From Lytechinus pictus (Eukaryota), in contig NC_087251.1 of NCBI RefSeq assembly GCF_037042905.1, forward strand, positions 16,618,001 to 16,682,000: a stretch of DNA of 64,000 nucleotides, written 5' to 3'. Every line of letters begins with the position of its first letter. Within the stretch, counting starts at the first letter, position 1. Under the pieces are notes generated by a model. That model saw nothing but the letters and a program-made list of their open reading frames with translations. It searched no databases and was not told the origin of the DNA. The position numbers and the translations under genes are program-made. This document shows positions 46,701-58,700 of this stretch, one piece after another.

Positions 46701-49700
46701 AAGTAATTTTTTCAAGATCGCGGTTGGCGGCCATCTTGGATTTGATCTGAAGATTATCCTTTTAGGCAAAATTACAGCATAAATTGAATCAACATACCAA
46801 ATGACTCATGAATAGAGTTATTATTCAGGATTGTGGGGCAAATTAAGGGTTAAAAAATTGATTTTTCAAGATGGCGTCATATGGCGGCCGTCTTGGATTT
46901 GACCTGAAGATGACATTATATAGCAAAATAGACAGCATAAATGGATTCTACACACCCAAAAACCCCTAAACAAAGGTATTACTCATCATTCTGGGGCAAG
47001 GGGTTCAACTTTAATTTTTCAAGATGGCATCTGGCGGCCATCTTGGATTTGACCTGAAGATGAGCTTATATTGCAAAAACGATTCCAGAAATCGGTTTTA
47101 CACATCTCTAAACCCCTAAAACGAGTCATTACTCATCATTTTGTGGAAAGGGGTTCAAAAGTTAGGTTTTCAAGATGGCATCTGGCGGCCATTTTGGATT
47201 TATGCAAATTAGCAAAATAGCCCAAACGGCAACTTTGGGCAACCAAGCTGAATTTGTTCTAGGACCCCATAGGAACACGAATCAAGAAAAAAACTTCATC
47301 GGAAAGAACATTTCTAGGTTCGGAAAATGTCAAATCGACTATTATATCATTGCTACAAAACACTTATTTTCTACTGAAAACTTTAATGAGACACATTGGA
47401 GAAACAATCTGTTACAATCAACAGAGTGAGAAAAAAAAGGAAAGAAAAAAAAAACATTTTCAGAAAGGAAACAATATCAGAAAAGAAGAATCTCATCTGG
47501 AAACTTGGTGTTTATTTATATTTTTTTAGAATAATGACCAAGTGTTTAGTTGGAGTCATTTCATTGACAAAAGCCAACCCACACAATCATCATTGTGGTT
47601 ATACTAGAGTGATGGAATGCTACGTAAACAGTGAGCATTGTACAGCAGAAGTGTGCTAGTATTCTGTTTGAATAATTCATTGTTACTTATTCAAAGAGTG
47701 CGTTGGAGTGCACTCTTTGAGGTAAATAGACAGAATTTTTTCTTTAAAAAGTCATTTTTTTAACAATAAAAGGTGGCATTCAGGGGGAAACTGAGAAGGT
47801 CAAGTCCATGAAGTGTGGCTGTAGTTTAAATTGTTGTTTTTTTGTTTTGTAGAGGTAATGAGGTGTTTGAAATCATTGAGCAAAAATGCCTCATTACATG
47901 TACATTTTTATACAAATTATCAGACAGCAAATTACCAAGCTCTGTGTATAATTTACATATACATACATGTAGGTATATGCACATATTTTTTCTATTTTGA
48001 AGGAAAATAAGACTTTACACTTTCATAATTATCTATTAAAGATTGATAATGAAAATAACATATTTCATGATTATTGTGTAGAGTCACCTATTCGAAATTG
48101 TAAGTGGTACAGTATACAGTATTATACCACTTGTCATGCTTGTTCTTTTTTTTATCAGACAAACAGCAAAATAAGTTGTGTTCTAGATTTAATGAGATCA
48201 TTGTCTTTGAGATTTCAGCAGAATTTTTTTAAATCAAAGTTTAGGTATAAAATTGAAGTAAGAAATAAAAGATGAAAATATAAACCTACACAAAGTACAC
48301 TGTACATTTCTGCTCTAGTTTGATATAGAACGTTGTTGAAATAATCATGTTAATGTATATATTTTCTGCAGGTGTGTGATCGTGGTCTTTAATCCAAGGA
48401 GAAATAAACAGTTCCATATCTTCAACCAGTCAAAGTAAGTCATTTTGAAAATTCTATTTTTTTTTCCAACTACAGATCTGCTAAAGGATAAGGAAAAGGA
48501 ATGGATTTTTAAATTTGTTCTAATTGTTACAAAAATTTTCCAGTGTCAGATTCAACCAATGCACACTGAATAAAACCAGTTCTAATTGTGTATGATATTT
48601 CCTTCTGTAGTACAAACCTATAATGTTTAATGTACTAGAAAACCAAGGCTTTTTATTTTTCCTTTATACACATAAATCTGCTCTCCTTTAAAATTATGTT
48701 TGAATTAACAACAAAACTGGAAATTTAAAGTTGATCATCGAAGAGTACAATGTATATTTTAATTAAAAAAGATCCATATTCATCAGACTGCATATCTAGC
48801 AGAACAAATCCTCCCTACTAATATCTCTAACATGTAGCTCTTATGAGACATCCTATGTTACGCTCCGATAATTCTTTTCAACCTGTAAACATTGTTGGAG
48901 ACAAGCTTATTATGGGTGATTTCTGTTGCCAGGTTACCTGCTTTTGGAGTAGAAGTGGGTGATTTTTCAACCGTAAAACGTCCCCAAATTGCTCCGTTTT
49001 GCGACGTCATGGCACCTTGTTTGTGCCTTTGAATACAACTCCTGTGAAATAAAGAGGTTTGATCACCGTGATTTGATCAGATTGTTGCAAATTGTTGCCA
49101 AACAGTCTAACGTGGGCTCTTGAATGAAAGCAAACCCACTTGAAATTGGTGAGGTAAGCAAATAAAAATGAACTTGGAAGTCAGCTGTTTACCTTCCAGT
49201 GCTTGCACTCTTGGTATTTAAAGTTTGTGTAGAAAAGAAAGGTATTTGCAAGAAGCCTTTTTATACTTTACAATACATGCAAGAACAAATTTTTGTGTTC
49301 TTCGTAATTGACCTGTGATGCATGAAGTGTAAAAATTGTCAGTTGAGCTCTGAGTGCAAGAAGGATGTTAATTCCCATATCGGAAGTCATATCACTGCAA
49401 AGTTATGAAGAAGTAAAATTCAACAATAACTTTTTTGTAACAATTTTGTATTTTAGCTGCTTACCAGCGAAGTATTTTGCATTAGAAACGCTCAAATGTG
49501 TAATTCTAGTAGTAGGAATTAGGGCTTTATGGTTTTTGGTGGATAAGATATAGGATGTGACCAGTATAGTTCAAGGTCTGAACTTGAATTCAACTGTCTT
49601 GCTACATGTACACGTAGGAGGAGCTAAAATAAACTTCATGTCTAATGTCCATTTACAGTATTTATGATTATGTCTTGAAGCCTGGGAAAAACTTACTAAG

Positions 49701-52700
49701 TTAGTACACCCCCCTGCCCTCTAGCTCTGTGGTATAGTGTCACAGATAAAATTTTCACCACCAAACACTCACAGTCCATGGCGACAACAAATTTCATCGA
49801 GCAAATTGTGAATTTACACTTGGGAATTTCTTGTTGGGTCTTTTTTAATATTGTTATGATTTTATTTCTTGTTAAATTGTTATGATATTTTGCTCTCATA
49901 AATGTTTCAAGAGATGGTATACTCTATCCTGATACATATGCTTCCAGTACAATATAAATATTTTTGAAGGCAAACCAGAAAGCTGCATGATGAAAGGAAA
50001 TTTGGATATAGAATAAAAAGAAAACTTTGATTCAGAAGTTATGACTTCTTTGATTTCAAGGATTATATTGCCTTTATCAGGTAGTTGTTTGGTTAGAAAG
50101 AAAGATATTAAGATGTGGTTGGATAACCAGAAGTTCTGACCCAAATAATCGAATTAGTTATGGTTGGATGGTAAAATGGAAAAGTGAAAATGATCCAAAC
50201 TCAAAGGCTAGACAGAAAAGGGATGAGGAAGCAATATGTAGACAACAATCCATGATTCCTTATCAAACTTTCTGTAAATCAATAAAAGGATAATACCATT
50301 TGTTGACATAACTGTCATCAGATAAGTCATTATGTTACAAAACAATGAAAAGACCTTTGGTTTCGTTCATTAGTTCTTTTGAAAGATATTATAGCATGCT
50401 TTATATACTATACACTTGCAATATGCTGCATACATGTATTTCATTGAAGACAGAATTTGTTGAAGGAAGTTATTCTTCAATGATTTTTTTTTCCAAAAAG
50501 GTTTTTCTTTGGGGGGTGGGGTTTCTGTACTATTAACATTTTTGTACAACCTAAATATATTATTAATAGTGTTGGGCATGTTCCTTCTGCCCCCCCCCAC
50601 CCTCGATATTAGATAAAGAAGCTAAATCATATTAAACGTATAAAACATGATGACTACTGAATGATTATTAAATTTATACCGGTCTTAATGGGAGAAGGAA
50701 AACAGTTGTAGTTTCATTCATTTCTCCCAATCATAGAGGAAATCCTTTATGACATGAACTGACAGTTCTTTTCCACTTCCTAAAATATGAACATGTGGGA
50801 GGAAACAAAGAAATCCATACAAATGTGTCATTCATTTATTAATGGAATTTGACAACATTTTCTCTCTGCCATGTGCTATGCCTGGTCCATTGCCATTGGT
50901 GTCGTTGATGTCTCTTCCTTCCCCCTCTGTAAACCACAAGCATTTGGACACAATTTAACCCCTTACTGTAAAGGATGAAACTCAATATTGTCAGTCTTTA
51001 CGTATTAAAAGAACCCCCCCCCCCTTCAAAAGAAAGAAATATATAAATCATGATAATATTTAATGATAAGTAAATAAATCATATTTACAAATAAAATGGA
51101 AAAAAAATGATAGATAATAAAAGCAAGGTCAAGCTGATGATGAACAATATATTCTAATCATTTTTTTTTTAGTTTTAGTTTTAGTTTTTATTTGGGTTTT
51201 CATGATTTTATGTAACAAATCACTTATAAACAATACAAGTAATTTGAAAAGAAAAAGAAAAAAGCAAACAAAATTAAACTAAAAACAAAAAGCAGCGTAA
51301 TGTACACATTATTAGTTTACATTAGAAAAAGTACAGCTTATCAAAGATAATAAGTGATAAACATGTAATAAAAGCAGCCACTTTGTCTCTTAAAGTATTC
51401 CTCATCCCCTATAGTACAGTAAAGGCAAGAATGTAAATAACAGAGGGATAAAAATCAGGTGATTTACCTATTATTAGAGATTAACAAAATTCCATCCTCA
51501 TAAAGGCATATTAAGATATTCTTCAGTTACAAAAATTAATATTGATAGAATATCTTACAACTTAAATGTCCATTTCCGAAAATGGCTTGTAAGTTTATTA
51601 TTTTTCTTGGCAATACGATATTCAATATCCTTGTTAGAGGTCAAATATGCTTTATAAACATCAAAAGTTGGTGGTTTGTTCTGTAATTTACAAATATAAA
51701 TATAACATTCAAGCAAAAGAAACAAATATGTAAGGAATCTATCACCAATATAACCAAACATCTTTTAGAATTTTGAAACATTCTGTAAATAAGGCTTTTT
51801 GGTTTCCTTAATAATAACTTTCATAATAACTTCATCCCAAATGGGTTTCACAACAGGACATACATGTACAAATCATTTTCTTTACGTACAAAACAGTGAG
51901 TACCTATTTTTGGTATACAAAGAAAATATGCAAAGTACATAGACCTACAATTGATATAGGCCTACATGTACTGTAGTTGTGTAAGCAAGTCAAGTATGAT
52001 ATTTAGTAACCTCCTACCTATTAAACTGTTCTTGGAAAGTGTTAATTGTGCCATGGCCTGAAAGTTATATTTTAATTGATTCTGCAATATATTAGGATGA
52101 AGTGGATAATGCAATTGCAACAGATCCTCACAGTATTCTTTGTTTGGTAGCATAATATGATGTCTGGCTGTGAAGGCCGAATTATTGATTTTTATTATTT
52201 TTACCCCCCCCCCCATAGTGAAAGTGATATTGTGATGATTATAAAAGTTTAGCGTATGCTGTACAGTATGTTTTACGCACAACTTTACGAACGACTGGAA
52301 CATGTTCTTATACATAAGTCAGTTACATAGGGATATATCATATAGCACAAGAAAGGGTCACCAGTCATGCGTAAAGTCATTTGTAACTTTTAATACGAAC
52401 AGCTTTATGAAACGGGCCCCATTTTATTGATAAATACTATGTCAATTCTTCATAGAGTGCACATACATGTATTTTTACCCTGGCTTTAACCTGACGGGCC
52501 ACAAGCATTTCAAGGAATAAATGTTCTTGCCAAGTACATGTACCCACCCATTAATTCACCTTCAAAAGTAGAGTGCAACACAATTATGAATAACTATGCT
52601 GGAGGAAATTAGCCCAATGACTGGGATTCAAACCAATAATCCTCTGTTTGAAAAATGGCAAGGATCATAACCACTTGTCCACAATGCTTCCATAGCAAAT

Positions 52701-55700
52701 AAATCTACCATTTGATCCAAGACCAGATTTTGAAAGTCATTTAAGAGCATGATTTTCATTTACTTTTATATATTTTCGAATTTTAACCAACTCATTATGA
52801 TTTTATAAATCAAATCAATGTAAACATAAATTCTATTACTTATGATATACATTTGAGGCCATAGGGATTTGTTCCCAGGTAACTTTTGTCACACTGTCAC
52901 AGTTCAACTTTAGGGTTCATCCATTTCCCCCCTTTTCAGTTTCTCTGAATTGTTGCTTCGGTTTCCTCTCCAGGTCATTCTCCCTCTCTGTTATATTTTA
53001 TTATCTGATAGTAATATTTCAAACAAGTTTCCATTCAATCTTTATCAGCCCTTATCCAATCTTATCTCCTTTCTCATCATAGCCTTCTAAAAAAAAAGCC
53101 TCAAACCCTCACATGAAGCATTCTTAATAACGACCCAGCCTTCCCGTCCAATTACCTGCTTCCAAAAGAGGCGCATATATTTTCCCCTTTGGCTCTTTTA
53201 CTTTCTAATATTAGTTTCCAGGGGCGCTATGTGAACACCTGGTTGCTAGCTCACTTCTTTGGGATATCCTATCTCTTGGGACACCCTTTCACATGGTAGA
53301 ATGCATCTCATGATTGGTTCTTGCAATCCTTCAGAAATAGATAAATCCAAAAAATTTCAGTATAATAACTTATGACAATTCTGAATTCATAAGAAGAAAT
53401 AAAAAATTAAAAAATGGTTGACCTTTTTTGTGTGTGAAACAAGTATAGGTATTTTGTAATGCACAGATATTCATGCCATACATAATTAACAATACTTGCA
53501 CCTATTTTTTTTCTTTCGCAGGTATGAATTATTTGCATTTTCAATGGTAAACTGATTCATTTGTGAATTGGGCTTTAGGCCTGAAATAATATTTTGAAGT
53601 TCACTGATGATATCAAACCATGTCGAAACTGAAAATGAATAATACACGTACACATTTACCTTTCGGGACGTGATTGAAAAATGTGATATATAGAAAATAA
53701 CTTGAAGTGCAACCATTACTGATTTTATCATTAGAAAAATTATTCTTTTTAAAGACGATTTTTACCTTGGAGCAATATATTCTAGCTGTATGCGATGACT
53801 CACATTAAAAGCGTACAACTACATCTTCAACCCACTTTCACATTCCTCATCCTAGGACCTCAAATAAAAACCAAACTCCTCAAGCAGTCTTTTTTTATTT
53901 GGTATAGTTCCAAATCTCATTTTCCTTTCATATATCTGATCCTCGTTCATCTAATCCTTTGTTTTGATCTTACAGGAAAACCCTGACAGCACTCTCATTT
54001 TCTGGAGATGGACGGTATTTGGTTTCTGGCGAGGTGAGTCACAAGATGATATGAAGTGTACATTACCTGATTAGAAGCGGACAATGTTTTGAAAATCAAA
54101 GTATCTTCTTGATGGCAGACAAAATGGCTAGCTTCACCCAAAAATGTCAGTCAAATATTAGAATCATGGTGTATTAATAATGGATCTGCATGGGGATGCT
54201 GGAAATAATTGCAAGACTTTCCCTTGGATGTCACTCAGTATGTCAGAAAAAAGGGGAAATTCATACATAGAACTGCTGCAGCAGAAAACTGAAAACATTT
54301 TATTTTTCTATCCTTGTTTTATTCTAAAGATGAAGTCCACTGTATTATCAATTTGGTTTTGAAAAGCAGAAAGAGGAAAACAAAATACAGTTTAATGAAT
54401 CATGAATTTCAGTAATAATAAATTGTCCTGATTGTAAAAACATAACATTTTGTTTAAATTGAACTAGTCATTTTTAGCTTAAAAAAGCTATTCAGATTAG
54501 CAAAAATGAAAACCATCTTTAATATCATGTATTTTGCAAATCACACTTAGGTTTTAAAAGTGATTCCTTTTTTATAAGATGAGTACATGCAAGTCCAAGT
54601 CACTACCATACTGAGTCACTTTATTTATGACTCAATGTGAATTGAACCAACAAATACCTTGATGGTAGTCATTCCTGTAACACACATACTGTGGTAGACC
54701 TCTAAATCTCTATTGTCTGTCAATAAAATGCACATACACAATTATTCTTCACTTTGTATGTTGATACATGTACATGATCTGTAAATAGCTCTTTACAAGA
54801 ATAGGTTTTGGTGTTCCAAGGTACTATTTACATAAGAGATCACTGAAATTATATTTATCTTATTTTTATTCTTATTACATACGGTACATGTACAAAGGTT
54901 TATAAACCTTTTTCTTCTTCAAATTAGAAAGGTGTTAGACTGTTAGATGCTTAAAAATGAGTAGAGTTGTAGGCCTACGTTAAGGAAAATTGCAATAAAG
55001 TAATGATAAGGCAAGGCTCGACATTAGCGGTGGCCCGGTGGCCCGGGGCCACCAAAAATTCACCTCGGGCAACCATCATTGATAAAATGTTAAGTTTTGG
55101 TGGCCCGAATCGGGCAACCAATAATTTTCAAAGTAGCGCAATTTTTCTCCCAATTTTGCACGCATTTATCAACTTTCTACAGCTCAAATTGCAAGCCAGT
55201 TCGTCATGCGCCTTTTTTGTTGATCTACACACATATACACACACACACAGTTTGCATATTAGGCCTACAGCTATAGCATACAGTAGCTATTATCCAGCCA
55301 GCCGCGCCGGCCGGCTGGCGTGAGCTTTGCATGAAGCCACTGCATACAGCTGTGCTCTAGATCTAGATCAGCCTATTCAGACTCAGGGAGCTGCGATAAA
55401 AAATGTTGCTGCTGAGAAATCTTCCACAGAACTTTGAAAATCTAAGTCAAAGTCACCTTTTACACCAATGAAATGCAATTCTACAGTCTATATTACGAAA
55501 ATCTGGTGTACCCTGATTATTTGCAAGTATTAAGAAGAGGAATTATGACCTCTCTTTTGACTCAAAAAGACCGATTTCCACATGAATTAATATACATAAA
55601 AACACATGGGCAAGTACATCACAGTCCCACGTGTGCATTTGTATGTATGTTGATACTTGGTTTCTTTCGAAGCTGTGTATTTTCTAGCCTTAAAACAAAC

Positions 55701-58700
55701 AGACAGTTTCTTTCTTTCTTGTTTATAAATGACTTCTTAAACCACTCTTGAGAAAGTAAATACTTTGGGAAGGCATTTCATTGATATGAAATGTGATTTT
55801 TTTTCCAACATTTTGGCAAATATAGGGAAGGACTTTTCTCACACTTTTTTTCCAGATATAGTTTTTGCCGTTTTCTTTTTTTTTTCTTTCATTTTTTTTT
55901 GACAGTGGTTAAACCATTTATACCCCTTCCCATTGAATATGCCTGATAAAAAAATATGTTTCTACTGAAAATAAAATAATACAAACTAAAGGATATAAAA
56001 ATAGAAATGTTCCATTCCTAAAAGGTAAGTGAAAATTATATGCTTGGCTTTTAATTATATTCCAGTCAGAATAGACTGTTGCCACAGCTGTTAAAAATAA
56101 ATGTAATGGCTTCTTAATTTTCCCCTTTTCTCCATTTTTATATTAACTTTGTTTTATTAATTTTTCTTTCATTTTCTTTTCTTTTTTCTCTCTAATTTTT
56201 TTCTTTTCTTTTTTTCTTTTTTTCCCTGTTCTTTTCTTTCTTCATTTTCTTTCTTTTGTTTTATTTCACTAATTTCTTTCATTATTTTTGTTTTCTTTTT
56301 GTTATATACTTTTTGAAAATTATTTTCGTTTGTTTCTCCCTTTTATGCATTGTTCTAATTTTGCAGCATATTTTTCTGTGATTTTCTCCTTCTATAATAT
56401 GCTGCAAAAGAGAAAACAGAAATAAACTGGATTTGGGGCATGCATAATCTAGGTTTTAGGATTCAAAGAGGAAGGAAGGAAAAAACATTGTTTTGTACAT
56501 CTATCTGAGTTTGCTATGCACTATTTATTTACTTTACCATTATCTCTATACAGATATTAAAAAAAAAGTCCACACAACCTGCGAACAATACAATTCATTT
56601 ATTCACTTTCAATCATTTCATTTTTACAACGATAGAAACAATTCTCAATTAGCAAAGTAAAATAACAGCAAACAAGGTTTACATACAAGATGTATAAAGT
56701 GAAAGGAACTTAGTGGTAGTGGCTGCAGAATTAATATTTCAGAAGTTTGTTTTATTCCTTTTTAATGTTTTTCTTTATATTTTTCGGGCCACCAAACTTT
56801 AATATTGGGCCACCAAAAAAAATGATTTGATGGTTTTGGTGGCCCGAATGGGCCACCACCAAAAAAAGTTAATGTGGAGCCTTGGATAAGGACTTCTTTT
56901 CTTTCAGATATTTTCACTTTTAAGTATTAAAAGCAGATTGACTGGTGACACTTTTTCCGGTTTTCCCCATTGTCACTGAAGAAATTTATTGTTGAAAAGT
57001 CAGGCATGCTGAATTTAAAATGTTATATTTCAAGAATGACCTACATGTATTATGCACTTTTTTTCAAAATACACTATTGTGCTTACAGGTAAAAGACACA
57101 TTTATAAGTGCAAATAGTGGGTTTAAAGGGGAAGTCCACCCTGATGTCAAGTTGGTTTATAACAGAAGCAGTCCGGTGGGGGGGGGGGCAGTCAAATGTA
57201 TTGCTGTACACATGCGTGACCAAATTATTTCCGAACACCCCCTAAACAATTTTTTTTCGTGGGCTTTAACTACACATTTTGACCCCTAAGCAAATTGTCG
57301 GCAGAATAATGACCCCGTGGAAAAAGCTTGGGGAAAAAATACCCTAAACACGTTTGGCCAGCCCCGTGATTGGCCATTGACCAGTCTATCAAAACCACTT
57401 TTTTTTAAAAATCAGTGTTTTTGATACCCTTAACAAGTGCACGCGTGGCCCACGTAAAAAACTATAAAAACACCCCTTTAAACGTGTTTTTTGTCACGAA
57501 TGTGTACAGCAATATGTTTGACCCCCCCCCCCCCCCCCCCGGGAAGCAGTACACGGTACCTGGAAATATTTGATTTATAACAGGATTGGTAGAGCATCCC
57601 ATTACTTATTATTACCTGAAATTGCACGATGTGTTATTGGATGACACCCTTTTCCTATATCCTATCAAATTGCCACTTTGCAATACAAATCTAAATCGAC
57701 ACATATAACTCAGATCCTATCAGAGGCAATAACAGGATCGGTGCATGGCCACTGTACGTCGCCTGCTAGGGTACATAATTAGATTTCCACAATCTCTGCA
57801 CAAATCAAATGCCTGCAATTGTTATGCATGCCGGTGCAAGGTGGGATACAAATTGTATCTGATTTATTGTGTTTAAAACAATACAACAAATATAAATACG
57901 AATTTAATCTGCATACTAAGTCAATCAATTAAAATTTTCTGTTGCAAGAAATAGATTATCAATAGATGAATTTGATTTTAGAAATTGCAGTTATATTCAG
58001 GACTTATTATTGCTTTTGGACATACTCTAAATTAACATGCGATCAAGACCCTCCTGGTGCACTTTACATATATTACAATGTACATGTATAAAGCTTCACT
58101 TTAATAGCCAGTATTGTATTTAGAAAATTTCATATCGTTTTATTTTAAAAGGATGTTTCGGGAGGAATAGCAATGCCATCGCACAATTTTCATGAATTGT
58201 GCTTCCATGTACTTGTACTTTTTAAAATTTAAAACCACATTTTGAAATTGACTTTGTTTTCATGACTAAGTAAAAATTTATTTAATGAAAATTTTATAAA
58301 CTCATCAACTGTTAAGCCTAAAAAAATATGAAATGAATGTCCATGTTAACTACAAGTGCCTCATTGTGCACTCTCTTCATCCTTGCATTATTTGTCATCC
58401 TACTCTGCGTATCTCAGACATAAAGGTGTAACGTTAGGAATCCCATCAACTCCTTGCCGCTGCCGCAATCGAAATGCCACATATCTCAATGTCGGCACCC
58501 ACTCCAATCCTCGCTCAAGATTGAGATGGCTATTTTTGGACCCCCTGCCATATATTTGCATCTCAGCGGGCCGACTCTCCTTCTAACAAGTGCTAGCCCT
58601 TTCCTCCAAAGCAGCGAATGCTTTAATGGCTCTCCCGAACGTTGTGACTCATCACCTTGCCTTTGTGTTGTATGCGAGGTGTTAGGGCATCCCCGACACT

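Noticed and set aside
52600..52692. tRNA gene
   Set aside because: A/B boxes are degenerate, no cloverleaf, and it is followed by a SINE body
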